The position numbers were made by a program, and so were the translations under genes. The notes under the pieces were generated by a model. That model had not been told where the DNA came from and searched no databases. It saw nothing but the letters and a program-made list of their open reading frames with translations. DNA of 64,000 bases, taken from positions 9,873 to 73,872 of the forward strand of contig DASVUV010000058.1 of the NCBI GenBank assembly GCA_036386875.1, in the 5' to 3' direction. The stretch is from Allosphingosinicella sp. GTDB taxonomy: Bacteria; Pseudomonadota; Alphaproteobacteria; Sphingomonadales; Sphingomonadaceae. Below are positions 43,904 to 53,638 of the stretch, in pieces (the first letter of the stretch is position 1; each line of letters opens with the position of its first letter).

Positions 43904-44260
43904 GTGACCGCGTCCCGAACCATTTTGATCGTCGAAGACGAACCCCTCATTTCCATGATGCTCGAGGATTTCCTCGATTCACTGGGCCACACCATCGCCG
44001 GCATCTGCGAAAGCGTGCCCGATGCGATGGCTCGGGTGAACGAGGGCGGCTTCGACGTCGCCATCCTCGACGTGAACCTGAAGGGCGAGCGGATCTGGCC
44101 GGTCGCCGACCGCTTGGTCGAGATGGGCGTACCGTATGTGCTCGCCACCGGCGGCCATATCGAGCCGCCGCCCGCCGCCCACGCGTCGGCGCCGGTGCTG
44201 TCCAAGCCCTTCACCATCGACGCGATCGAGCCGGCGCTGACCCAAGCCTGCGACGCGTGA
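43904..44260 (+). CDS. Single-domain response regulator
   Basis: ILIVEDE, AILDVNL, ATG, KPF. Confidence 0.9.
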   Translation: MTASRTILIVEDEPLISMMLEDFLDSLGHTIAGICESVPDAMARVNEGGFDVAILDVNLKGERIWPVADRLVEMGVPYVLATGGHIEPPPAAHASAPVLSKPFTIDAIEPALTQACDA

Positions 44261-45084
44261 CGCGCAAGCGGCTGGGGAAGCGAACCTTGCTCGCCCTCCT
44301 TCTGCTCCCGGTCTTCCTCTACCTCGCCGTCCTTCTGCTCCTGTTCGCCTTCCAGACGCGGATGGTGTTCCCGGCAAGCGCCGCGGCGGGGGGCGCTCTG
44401 CCGATGCCGCCCGGCACCGAGCGGCTGACCATCGGCACCGGCGACGGCGACACCCTCCACGGCAGCCTTATTCCGTCCGCGCGACCCAGCGCCAACCAGC
44501 CGCTGATCCTCGGCTTCGGCGGCAATGCCTGGAACGCCGACGCCGCCGCGCTGACCCTCCACCGCCTCTATCCCGAAGCGGAGATCGTCGCCTTCCACTA
44601 CCGCGGCTATGCGCCCAGCACCGGCGCGCCGAGCGCAAAGGCGCTGACCGATGATGCCCTCCTCATCCACGACGACATGGTGCGCCGCTTCCCCGGGCGC
44701 CGAATCGTCGCGGTCGGCTTCAGCGTCGGCACCGGCGTCGCCGCCCACCTCGCCGCGCATCGGCCGATCGCCGGCGCGATCCTGGTCACCCCGTTCGACG
44801 ATCTCGCCCGCGTTGCAGCCGACCATTACCGCTGGCTGCCCATTCGGCTGCTGTTCCGCCACCCAATCGACTCAGCGGCGCGGCTCACGGAAAGCAAGGT
44901 GCCGGTCGCGATCGTCGCCGGCGGCCGCGACACCCTGATCCTCCCGCCACGCACCGAGGCGCTTCGCCGGGCTACCGCCAACCTGGTCTACGACAAGACC
45001 ATCCACACCGCCGGCCACAACGACATCTACGAGCATCCCCGCTTCGTTCCGGCGATGCGCGAAGCGATGGCGGCGCTTCCTTAA
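44257..45084 (+). CDS. Alpha/beta hydrolase
   Basis: FGGNA, HYRGY, GFSVG nucleophile elbow, GHND. Confidence 0.88.
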   Translation: MTRKRLGKRTLLALLLLPVFLYLAVLLLLFAFQTRMVFPASAAAGGALPMPPGTERLTIGTGDGDTLHGSLIPSARPSANQPLILGFGGNAWNADAAALTLHRLYPEAEIVAFHYRGYAPSTGAPSAKALTDDALLIHDDMVRRFPGRRIVAVGFSVGTGVAAHLAAHRPIAGAILVTPFDDLARVAADHYRWLPIRLLFRHPIDSAARLTESKVPVAIVAGGRDTLILPPRTEALRRATANLVYDKTIHTAGHNDIYEHPRFVPAMREAMAALP

Positions 45085-46316
45085 GCGCCCTTCTCCGGCT
45101 CGCTCCCGGTGAGGCACACCTCCCGCATCTCCTCCTCCGCCAGCGCGCACGCTTTCGCCCGCTTCGCCTCTCCGTCGGGAAGCACCATCGCCTGCCGGCC
45201 GACAGCGGCATAGCAGGCGCCCTTGCCGTTCGCCTCCGGCACCGCCTTGCAATAAGGAATGCCCTCCGCCGGATCGGCATTCATGTTGATGATCTGTTCC
45301 GCAACGCTGCGGTTGCACACCGCCCGGAACGCGGCGTCGGCGAGCCCGCACAGCCGCACCGCCTCGGCATTCCTGCCAAGCGCCATTGTGCTGACGTCGC
45401 GGCCAAGGCTGACGAAGCAGGTCGCCCGCGCTTTCTCCGGCGCCCGCATGCACTCGCCGGCGACCCGCGCCACATCGCCCCCCGCATGGTGGAACATCGC
45501 CGACGTCTGGATGGTGTAGCAGCCCATCATGTACCGCTCGCCAACGGCTGAGCAGGGATAATGCAGGTCGTTCGGATCAAGCGCGCGAAAGGCAGGCGCG
45601 GCGCCCGCAGCGGCCGCGTGATGCCCGCCGCCATGGCCCGCATGAGGATCCGCGGTTGCCTTCGCCGAGACTGGCGTGGTGCTGTGCGGCTGGGTGGCGT
45701 TGACGATATTCTCCATGAAGGCGCCGGCGTGGCACAGCTCCTGCTCAAAGGCGCGGCTGAGCAGATCGCAGCCACCGAGCGCCCTGGGCAAGTCGTAGCG
45801 GTAGAGCATCTCCAGCCCGTGGCCCATGCCGTGGGTGCATTGGAACAGCAGGTCGGCGCGCTTGTCCCGATAGTCGCCGCAGAGGGCATCGACGCTCTTC
45901 GCATCGATCGCGCCGCCCGCTTTCTCCGTCAGCAGGAAATAGGATTGGATGACGCCGTGATAGCAACCCGATTGCCACGACGGCGTGCAGCTTGCGAACA
46001 CCTTGCCCATGTCCGTCGTTGCCGTAAGCGCCGCGATGCCGATGCGATGCGCGTACATATGCCCGTCCTCACGCGCTTTCGGATCAAGCGCGGCAAGCTC
46101 GCCGAGCAGCGCCAAGGCCGGCGCGGGGCCGTCGGCGAGCCGGCCTTCCAGCACCGCGGCATAGCAAGCCTGCGTCTTCGCCCGCTCCGGCGATTTGCAG
46201 CGCTTGACGATGGCCGCCGCTTCCTCGGGGGCCGGGGCTGCGGAGGCAGGCGCGGCCAGGCAGAAAAAGGCTGCGGCCAGGACAAGCAGCGGGCGCAGTC
46301 GGGCAAGCATCGGCAT
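45081..46316 (-). CDS. Secreted Cys/His-rich repeat protein
   Basis: Signal peptide; recurring Cys pairs; HMYAHRIG, GCYHG, CTHGMGHG motifs. Confidence 0.75.
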   Translation of the reverse strand: MPMLARLRPLLVLAAAFFCLAAPASAAPAPEEAAAIVKRCKSPERAKTQACYAAVLEGRLADGPAPALALLGELAALDPKAREDGHMYAHRIGIAALTATTDMGKVFASCTPSWQSGCYHGVIQSYFLLTEKAGGAIDAKSVDALCGDYRDKRADLLFQCTHGMGHGLEMLYRYDLPRALGGCDLLSRAFEQELCHAGAFMENIVNATQPHSTTPVSAKATADPHAGHGGGHHAAAAGAAPAFRALDPNDLHYPCSAVGERYMMGCYTIQTSAMFHHAGGDVARVAGECMRAPEKARATCFVSLGRDVSTMALGRNAEAVRLCGLADAAFRAVCNRSVAEQIINMNADPAEGIPYCKAVPEANGKGACYAAVGRQAMVLPDGEAKRAKACALAEEEMREVCLTGSEPEKGA

Positions 46317-46389
46317 GATGTGGCGGGCCTTCACCGGGGTGTCGGCCTTTGCTTGGCACCGAAGCGCAAGGCGGGCAAGGCGGCGCGAT

Positions 46390-46424
46390 GTTTCCCTCTT
46401 GTTCTTCCGGAACATCGGTGGTAC
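46390..46424 (+). promoter_or_regulatory. LexA boxes of the recA promoter
   Basis: GTTT-N7-GTTC (46390-46404) and GAAC-N7-GTAC (46410-46424). Confidence 0.8.
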
Positions 46425-46480
46425 ATAGGCGATCACGCGTTGAATGGGCGGCGCAGGTCGAATAGGGAAGGGTTTCGCGA

Positions 46481-47545
46481 ATGGCGGCATCTCTCAAAGT
46501 AGTCGGAACCTCGGACAATATGGACAAGCAAAAAGCCCTCGACGCCGCTTTGGCGCAGATTGATCGCGCCTTTGGCAAGGGCAGCGCGATGCGCCTGGGC
46601 TCGCGCGAAGCGATCGCGATCGAGGCAATTTCGACGGGCTCGCTGGGCCTCGACATTGCGCTCGGCATCGGCGGCCTGCCGCGCGGCCGCGTGGTTGAAG
46701 TCTACGGGCCGGAAAGCTCGGGCAAGACCACGCTCGCCCTCCACGTCATCGCCGAAGCCCAGCGCAACGGCGGCACCGCGGCGTTCGTCGATGCCGAGCA
46801 TGCGCTCGACCCGGTCTACGCCAAGAAGCTCGGTGTCGATGTCGACAACCTCATCGTCTCGCAGCCCGACACGGGCGAGCAGGCGCTCGAGATCGTCGAC
46901 ACTTTGGTCCGCTCCAACGCCATCGACGTGCTGGTGGTCGATTCGGTCGCCGCGCTCGTTCCCCGCGCCGAGATCGAGGGCGAGATGGGCGACAGCCATG
47001 TCGGCCTCCAGGCGCGCCTGATGTCGCAGTCGCTTCGCAAGCTCACCGGCTCCATTTCCAAGTCCAAGTGCATCGTCATCTTCATCAACCAGCTGCGCAT
47101 GAAGATCGGCGTGATGTACGGCAATCCGGAGACCACGACCGGAGGCAACGCGCTGAAATTCTATGCGTCGGTCCGCCTCGACATCCGCCGCACCGGCCAG
47201 ATCAAGGACCGCGACGATATCGTCGGCAACACCACCCGCGTGAAGGTCGTCAAGAACAAGGTCGCGCCGCCGTTCAAGCAGGTCGAGTTCGACATCATGT
47301 ACGGCGAAGGCATTTCCAAGATCGGCGAAATCCTCGATCTCGGCGTCAAGGCCGGCATCGTCGAGAAGTCCGGCGCCTGGTTCAGCTACGACAGCATCCG
47401 GATCGGCCAGGGCCGCGAAAACTCGAAGACCTACCTCAAGGAGCACCCTGAGCTCGCCGACAAGCTGGAAGGCGCGATCCGCGGCAAGACCGACGAAGTC
47501 GCCGACGCCCTGATGGTCGGCCCCGGCCCGGACGACGATTTGTAA
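46481..47545 (+). CDS. recA: Recombinase A
   Basis: [23 protein letters not shown]. Confidence 0.99.
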   Translation: MAASLKVVGTSDNMDKQKALDAALAQIDRAFGKGSAMRLGSREAIAIEAISTGSLGLDIALGIGGLPRGRVVEVYGPESSGKTTLALHVIAEAQRNGGTAAFVDAEHALDPVYAKKLGVDVDNLIVSQPDTGEQALEIVDTLVRSNAIDVLVVDSVAALVPRAEIEGEMGDSHVGLQARLMSQSLRKLTGSISKSKCIVIFINQLRMKIGVMYGNPETTTGGNALKFYASVRLDIRRTGQIKDRDDIVGNTTRVKVVKNKVAPPFKQVEFDIMYGEGISKIGEILDLGVKAGIVEKSGAWFSYDSIRIGQGRENSKTYLKEHPELADKLEGAIRGKTDEVADALMVGPGPDDDL

Positions 47546-47598
47546 GGGACAGGGAGAAAGGAAGCCGCCCATGCGGACCGCCTCTCGCCAGCGAAACG

Positions 47599-47639
47599 GA
47601 AGCCCGGTTGCAGCAATGCAGCCGGGTTTCTCCGTTTTT
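47599..47639 (+). terminator. Rho-independent terminator after recA
   Basis: GAAGCCCGGTTGCA-GCAA-TGCAGCCGGGTTTC followed by a T-rich tail. Confidence 0.65.
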
Positions 47640-47721
47640 GGGGGAGAGCCCCCCGCGAAACCATGTGACTCTTGTGACACTCGTCAATTCTCGCGCTTCT
47701 GAAAGCGGGCGCCGCCCAAAA

Positions 47722-47792
47722 GCCCTCCCCTTGGGTTCCCACGAAAGTAGTACTTTCGTGGGGTCCCTTCAGGGGAGGGGTTGGGGAGGGGC
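47722..47792. repeat. Family A-related half repeat with a nested mini-element
   Basis: CCCTCCCCT[insert]TCAGGGGAGGGGTTGGGGAGGGG. Confidence 0.75.
47732..47768. mobile_element. Nested palindromic mini-element, copy 4
   Basis: TGGGTTCCCACGAAAGTAGTACTTTCGTGGGGTCCCT. Confidence 0.75.
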
Positions 47793-47864
47793 ATGTCGCC
47801 TTTCCAAACCCTACGGCAAACCCGCCGCAACCCTCAACGTCCTCACGTATTTCCCGCCCAGCCC

Positions 47865-49136
47865 TCAGGCAGGCCGGCTCGCAATCTCCTGCACGTCCGC
47901 AGTCACCTCGTCATGGCAGTCGCGCGACGGCAGCCGGTTAGCCCACGCCGACATCAGAAGCGCCGCGCCTCCGCACGAGGTGAAGCCGATCAGGAACGGG
48001 ATGGTCGATCCGTTGAAGCTTTGCCCGGTGGCAAAGCCGATCAGCGCGCCGCCGACGGTGGTGATCACGCCCTGCAGCGACGAAGCGGTGCCGGCGATAT
48101 GACCCAAGGGCTCCATCGCCAGCGCGCCGGCATTGGCGCCGATCAGCCCGAAACAAGCCATGGTCATCGCCTGCAAAAGCACGAACAGCCAGATGTTCTC
48201 GCCCAGCGTCGAGGCGATGAGCAGGTGGAATGCCGCCATGCCGGTGAAGACGCTCAGCGCCATCAGCAGGATCTTCCGCGAACCGAGCCGCATCACCAGC
48301 CGGGAATTGGCGTAGGAGCTGAACGCCATCGGGCCCGCAATCAGCGCGAAGACCAGCGCCATCAGCTCGGGCCGGTGGAACACGTCGAACACGATCTGCT
48401 GCACCGAATTGATGAACGAGAACAGCGCGCCCATCAGCAACGTCTGGGCAAGCGTGTTGCCGATCGACTGGCGGTTGCGAAGCGTCGTCCAGAACGCCTC
48501 GCCGATCCGGCCGATCGACAGCGGGCGGCGATTCTCTTCGGTCAGGGTCTCGGGAAGGCGAAGCAGCATCCAGACGGCAAGCACCGCACCGTAGACGCCA
48601 AGGCCGATAAAGATGTGCCGCCACTCGCCGATCGCAAGCACGCCCTGCCCGAACGCAGGCGCGAGCACCGGCACGATCATGAACACGATCATGACGAGGG
48701 ACATGACCCGCGCCATCGCCGGCCCCTGATAACGGTCGCGGACAATGGCGACGACCAGAACCCTCGAAGCGGCGGCGGCCACGCCCTGCAAGGCGCGGGC
48801 GGCGAGCAGCAGGGTGAAGCTCGACGCGAGGCCCGCAACCAGCCCGAAGCAGCCGTACAGAATCAAGGCGGTGGCAAGCAGCTTCTTGCGCCCATACCGG
48901 TCGGCAAGCGGACCCCAGATGAGCTGCGCCACGCCGAAGCCGAGCAGATAGGCGGTGATCACCAGCTGGCGCTTGTTGTCGTCGGCGACACCCAGCGACT
49001 CGCCGATCGACGGCAAGGCGGGCAGCATTGCGTCGATGGCAAGCGCGTTCGACGCCATAAGCGCCGCCATCAGCGCGATGAATTCCGCCATTCCGGGGCC
49101 GCGCTTGGTCTGCGCCGCCAAATTCGTCTCAGTCAT
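47865..49136 (-). CDS. Bcr/CflA-family MFS efflux transporter
   Basis: ALAIDAMLPALP, GPLADRYGRK, about 12 TM segments. Confidence 0.92.
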   Translation of the reverse strand: MTETNLAAQTKRGPGMAEFIALMAALMASNALAIDAMLPALPSIGESLGVADDNKRQLVITAYLLGFGVAQLIWGPLADRYGRKKLLATALILYGCFGLVAGLASSFTLLLAARALQGVAAAASRVLVVAIVRDRYQGPAMARVMSLVMIVFMIVPVLAPAFGQGVLAIGEWRHIFIGLGVYGAVLAVWMLLRLPETLTEENRRPLSIGRIGEAFWTTLRNRQSIGNTLAQTLLMGALFSFINSVQQIVFDVFHRPELMALVFALIAGPMAFSSYANSRLVMRLGSRKILLMALSVFTGMAAFHLLIASTLGENIWLFVLLQAMTMACFGLIGANAGALAMEPLGHIAGTASSLQGVITTVGGALIGFATGQSFNGSTIPFLIGFTSCGGAALLMSAWANRLPSRDCHDEVTADVQEIASRPA

Positions 49137-49234
49137 TATCGTCCTGCTTTCGCCCGTCAGGTGGGGGACGCGGAAAACCCCGGCAAGTTCCGTTGCCGCT
49201 TGCAACGGTTACGCGGAACCGAAAGGGAGGGGCG

Positions 49235-50041
49235 ATGAACCGACCCGTCCGCCTCATCGGCCTCCCCACCGACAGCCACAGCTCGTTCCTGCGCGGCGCC
49301 GCCTCCGCGCCCTCCGCGATCCGCGCCGCTCTGGCGTCGGATCACGGCAACAGCACGGCGGAGAACGGGCTCGAACTCGGCACCGACATCCGCCTCGAGG
49401 ACATTGGCGACCTGCCGCTCAGCGAAGGGGAGGGCGACTTTGCCCTGATCCGCGCCGCCTTCGCGGCCGCGGCCCGCGACGGCGCGGTGCCGATCGGGCT
49501 GGGCGGCGATCACATGGTGAGCTTCCCCGCCGTCGCCGGCCTCGCCGGAGTGCATGGCCCGCTGGAAATCCTGCACTTCGACGCCCACACCGATCTGTAC
49601 GACGATTTCGAGGGCGATCCGCTCTCTCACGCCTCACCCTTCGCGCGGATCATGGAAGCCGGCCTCGCCCGCCGCCTCGTCCAGGTCGGCATCCGCACCC
49701 TCAACCGCCACACGCGCGAGCAGGCGGAGCGGTTCGGCGTGGAAGTGGTGGAAATGCGCCACTTCGCCGCCGACGCGGTGCCCATCCCCGGCGCGCCGCT
49801 CTACATCAGCATCGATCTCGACGGCTTCGACCCCGCCTTCGCCCCCGGCGTCTCGCACCACGAACCGGGCGGGCTGTCGGTACGCGACGTGCTGAACGTC
49901 CTCGCCCGCGTTCGCACCCCCATCGTCGGCGCCGATGTGGTCGAGCTCAACCCGTCCCGCGACCTGAACGGAGTCACCGCCACCCTTGCCGCCAAGCTGG
50001 TGAAAGAGCTAGCAGCCCTCAGCGCGGAGGCTGCCATATGA
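49235..50041 (+). CDS. Agmatinase/arginase family ureohydrolase
   Basis: GGDH, DAHTD, SIDLDGFDPAFAPG, VELNP. Confidence 0.9.
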   Translation: MNRPVRLIGLPTDSHSSFLRGAASAPSAIRAALASDHGNSTAENGLELGTDIRLEDIGDLPLSEGEGDFALIRAAFAAAARDGAVPIGLGGDHMVSFPAVAGLAGVHGPLEILHFDAHTDLYDDFEGDPLSHASPFARIMEAGLARRLVQVGIRTLNRHTREQAERFGVEVVEMRHFAADAVPIPGAPLYISIDLDGFDPAFAPGVSHHEPGGLSVRDVLNVLARVRTPIVGADVVELNPSRDLNGVTATLAAKLVKELAALSAEAAI

Positions 50042-50658
50042 TCATCGTCCACCATCTCGAAAATTCGCGCTCCCAGCGCATCCTGTGGCTGCTCGAGGAG
50101 CTCGGCTTCGATTACGAGATCCGCCGCTACAAGCGCGATCCGAAGACCATGCTTGCGCCGCGCGAGCTTCGGAAAGTCCACCCGCTCGGCAAGTCGCCGG
50201 TGATCGAGGATGACGGCGCGGCCATCGCCGAAACCGGCGCAATCGTCGAATATCTGGTCGAAAAAGCCGACGGCCGCCTCGGCCCGCCCAACCGGCGCGA
50301 GGACGTGCTGCGCTACCGCCAGTTCCTGCATTATGCCGAGGGTTCGATGATGCCGCCCTTGCTCGCCATTCTGGTGGTCAACCGCCTCGGCATCCTCGGA
50401 CGCCCGGCCCGTGCGCCCTTGCAGAAGATGCTCGGCGTGCATCTCGACTGGCTCGAGACGGAGCTTGCCGCCCGCCCCTGGTTCGCCGGCGACAATTTCA
50501 CCGCCGCCGACGTGATGATGAGCTTTCCGCTGGAAGCCTCCCGCCAGCGCGGCGGCCTGTCCGGCCGCCCGAACCTCGAAGACTGGCTCGAACGAATCCA
50601 CGCCCGCCCGGCCTACGGTGCGGCGCTGCAGAAGGGAGGCCCTTATGCTTACGCTTGA
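50038..50658 (+). CDS. Glutathione S-transferase
   Basis: MIIVHHLENSRSQRILWLLEE, HPLGKSPV. Confidence 0.93.
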   Translation: MIIVHHLENSRSQRILWLLEELGFDYEIRRYKRDPKTMLAPRELRKVHPLGKSPVIEDDGAAIAETGAIVEYLVEKADGRLGPPNRREDVLRYRQFLHYAEGSMMPPLLAILVVNRLGILGRPARAPLQKMLGVHLDWLETELAARPWFAGDNFTAADVMMSFPLEASRQRGGLSGRPNLEDWLERIHARPAYGAALQKGGPYAYA

Positions 50659-51898
50659 CCGCCGCGTGTTCCTGGCGGGCGGCGCGCTTGCCGCCGGTGC
50701 CCTCGCCGCGCCCGGCCCGCTCCTCGCCGCCGACAAGGATGAGTTGAAGCCGATCACCGGCGACGTCCAGCCGATCACCCCGGCCGAGCGCCTTTCCCGA
50801 ATCGCGAAGGCGCAGCGGCTGATGCGCCAGCACGGTCTGGGCGCGATCCTGATCGAACCCGGTGCCTCGCTTGTCTATTTCACCGGCGTTCGCTGGAGCC
50901 GCAGCGAGCGGCTCACCGCGGCGCTGATCCCGGTTGAAGGCGACACGATCGTCTTCACGCCGTTTTTCGAGGAACCGTCCGTCCGTGAAAGCCTGGCGAT
51001 CCCGGCCACCGTCCGCACCTGGATGGAGCATGAGGACCCGCTCAAGCTCGTCGCCGGCGCGCTCAAGGACCTGAAGCTGCAGGCGAAACCGATCGGCGTC
51101 GAGGAAACGGTGCGCTTCTTCGCCGTCGATGGCCTGCGCAAGGCGCTCCCCCGCGCCGACATCCGCAACGCCGCGCCCGTTGTCCGCGGCTGCCGGATGA
51201 TCAAGTCGCCGGCCGAGATCGCGCTGATGCAAAAGGCCGCCGACGTCACGCTCGCCGCCTATCGCTACACCTATCCGCGCGTCGAGAAGGGCATGACGCC
51301 TGCCGACATCGGCGGACTCATGAACACTGCCACCCGCGCCCTTGGCGGCAGTCCGGAATTCGCACTCGTCCTGCTCGGCGAAGCGAGCGCCTACCCGCAC
51401 GGCAGCGGCAAGCCGCAGGAGGTCCGCAAGGGCGAAGTGGTGCTGATGGACTGCGGCTGCACGGTTCACGGCTACCAGTCCGACATCTCCCGCACCTGGG
51501 TGCATGGCGGCGCGGATGCCGAGCAGCGCAAGGTTTGGAACCAGATGCGCAAGGGCCAGGACATCGCCTTTGCCGCGGCCCGTATCGGCGCCCCCGCCGG
51601 CGCGGTCGATGACGCCGTCCGTGCCCAATACACCGCGTGGGGCTACGGCCCCGGCTACAAGCTGCCCGGCCTCTCCCACCGCACCGGCCACGGCATCGGC
51701 ATGGAAGGCCACGAACCGGTCAACTTCGTCCATGGCGAAAAGACGCCGCTCGCCGCCGGCATGTGCCTGTCCAACGAGCCCGGCATCTACATCCCCGGCA
51801 AGTTCGGCATTCGCCTTGAGGACTGTCTCTACATGACGCCAAGCGGCCCGCGCTGGTTCTCCCAGCCAGCCGGCTCAATCGACGCGCCGGTGGGCTGA
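50645..51898 (+). CDS. Xaa-Pro (M24) peptidase, Tat-exported
   Basis: DRRVFL Tat motif; SDISRT, HRTGHGIG, NEPGIY, RLED. Confidence 0.92.
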   Translation: MLTLDRRVFLAGGALAAGALAAPGPLLAADKDELKPITGDVQPITPAERLSRIAKAQRLMRQHGLGAILIEPGASLVYFTGVRWSRSERLTAALIPVEGDTIVFTPFFEEPSVRESLAIPATVRTWMEHEDPLKLVAGALKDLKLQAKPIGVEETVRFFAVDGLRKALPRADIRNAAPVVRGCRMIKSPAEIALMQKAADVTLAAYRYTYPRVEKGMTPADIGGLMNTATRALGGSPEFALVLLGEASAYPHGSGKPQEVRKGEVVLMDCGCTVHGYQSDISRTWVHGGADAEQRKVWNQMRKGQDIAFAAARIGAPAGAVDDAVRAQYTAWGYGPGYKLPGLSHRTGHGIGMEGHEPVNFVHGEKTPLAAGMCLSNEPGIYIPGKFGIRLEDCLYMTPSGPRWFSQPAGSIDAPVG

Positions 51899-52104
51899 AG
51901 TTCCTCCCCGTGCGGAGCATGGCGAGAGGAACCAGGCGAGGGTTCCCGCCAAAGTAGTACTTTGGCGGGTGCCCGTGGAGCCTGGTGCAGGGGTAGCTGC
52001 TGTGATCTACGCGGATCCAGCGCCAGTCGGCAAAAGCCTGCGCTTTCTACCCCTCCACCACCCTCCGGGTGGTTCCCCTCCCCATCTGTCGATGGGGAGA
52101 AACT
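51899..52104. repeat. Family A repeat with a nested mini-element
   Basis: GTTCCTCCCC...GGGGAGAAAC between convergent stop codons. Confidence 0.88.
51939..51975. mobile_element. Nested palindromic mini-element, copy 5
   Basis: AGGGTTCCCGCCAAAGTAGTACTTTGGCGGGTGCCCG in the loop of ACCAGGC...GCCTGGT. Confidence 0.75.
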
Positions 52105-53420
52105 TAGAAGGGCTCGTCGCCCGGTCGCGGCGGAGCGACATGGGCCGGCGCATGGGGCGGCTCGATGTCCGCCGGCTCCACGGGATCGAGCGTGCCTTCC
52201 CACTTGGCGACCACCACGCTGGCCACCGCATTGCCGACGACGTTGGTCGCCGAGCGGCCCATGTCGAGGAAATGGTCCACCGCAAGGATCAGCAGCAGCC
52301 CGGCCTCGGGGATGTTGAACTGCGCCATCGTCGCGGTGATCACCACCAGGCTGGCGCGGGGCACGCCGGCGACGCCCTTGGACGTGATCATCAGCGTCAG
52401 CAGCATCAGGATCTGCTGGGTCATGCTGAGCTCGATGCCATAGGCCTGGGCGACGAACAGAGTCGCAAAGGTCATGTACATCATCGAGCCGTCGAGGTTG
52501 AACGAATAGCCCAGGGGCAGCACGAAGCTGGCGATGCGCGGCGGCACCCCGAACCGGTCCAGCGCTTCCAGTGTCCGCGGATAAGCGGCCTCCGACGAGG
52601 CGGTGGAAAAGGCCAGCACGATCGGATCGCGGATGTAGCGAACCAGCAGCTTCGTCCGGCTGCCGACGATCAGGAAGCAAACGCCGATCAGCAGCACCCA
52701 GAGCAGGATCAGCCCCACGTAGAAGCTCCCCATGAAATAGCCGTAGGTGCCGAGGATCGAAGGGCCCCGCTGCGCCACTGTCGACGCAACCGCGGCGAAC
52801 ACCGCGATCGGCGCGAAGCGCATCACGTAGTCGGTGATCTGCAGCATCACCTTGACCAAGGCTTCGGTGGCTCGAACCAGCGGCTTCGCCGGCTCGCCCA
52901 CCGCGGTGATCGCGACGCCTACGAACAGCGAAAAGACGACGATCTGCAGGATCGAGTTTTCGGACATCGCCCGGATCATCGATTCGGGGAAAATGTTGCC
53001 GAAGAACTTGACGATGTCGAAGGCCGACCGATCGACGCCGGCCGAGGCATTCGCCGCCGGAAGCACCGCGTCGACGTTCGCGCCGGGCTGGAACAAGGTA
53101 ACGAGGATCAGGCCCAGCGTCAGCGAAACGAGGCTTGCGGCGATGAACCAGCTCAGCGCCTTGAAGCCGACCCGCCCGAGCGCCGCCGTATCACCCATAT
53201 GTGCGATGCCGACCACCAGCGTGGAGAACACCAGCGGCGCGATGATCATCTTGATAAGGTGCAGGAAAATCGTGGTCGGGATCGACAGCCAGCGTGCCAC
53301 CTCCTTCACCACCGGCCCGCCTTCGGCGGTGCCGTCGCCGAGCCCGTAATTCAGGCTCCAGCCGACAACGATGCCGAGCACCAGGCCGGCGAGAATCCAG
53401 TAGGTAAGACGTTTGGCCAC
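52104..53420 (-). CDS. Dicarboxylate/amino acid:cation symporter (GltP/DctA family)
   Basis: AFSTASSEAA, LPLGYSFNLDG, DMGRSATNVVGN. Confidence 0.94.
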   Translation of the reverse strand: MAKRLTYWILAGLVLGIVVGWSLNYGLGDGTAEGGPVVKEVARWLSIPTTIFLHLIKMIIAPLVFSTLVVGIAHMGDTAALGRVGFKALSWFIAASLVSLTLGLILVTLFQPGANVDAVLPAANASAGVDRSAFDIVKFFGNIFPESMIRAMSENSILQIVVFSLFVGVAITAVGEPAKPLVRATEALVKVMLQITDYVMRFAPIAVFAAVASTVAQRGPSILGTYGYFMGSFYVGLILLWVLLIGVCFLIVGSRTKLLVRYIRDPIVLAFSTASSEAAYPRTLEALDRFGVPPRIASFVLPLGYSFNLDGSMMYMTFATLFVAQAYGIELSMTQQILMLLTLMITSKGVAGVPRASLVVITATMAQFNIPEAGLLLILAVDHFLDMGRSATNVVGNAVASVVVAKWEGTLDPVEPADIEPPHAPAHVAPPRPGDEPF

Positions 53421-53560
53421 GTGGCGCTCCCGGCTGATCAGATGCGCCTAGGAAGGCGATTGCGGCGCTCCGGTCAAGCGCCGGATCGCGGTGCGCCTTC
53501 ACTGCGCCCGGTGCGGGGGTGTGTCCGACCGGTCTCAGCGTCGGCAAATCGAACGGACGC

Positions 53561-53585
53561 GGAACGAGATGGGGTCCCTGGGGTT
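53561..53585 (+). promoter_or_regulatory. Possible EcfG/sigmaT general-stress promoter
   Basis: GGAAC-N16-GGTT about 55 bp upstream of ATG 53639. Confidence 0.35.
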
Positions 53586-53638
53586 TACCGTTGCGGTAGC
53601 GACGTGACGCTGCCCTGTGCTTTTTCGGAGTGCTTGCG

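Noticed and set aside
48955-50658. Apparent long N-terminal fusions (GST 567 aa, RsmA 523 aa, Ppk1 825 aa, PurM 413 aa)
   Set aside because: Upstream extensions overlap other genes or repeats; the true starts are internal.
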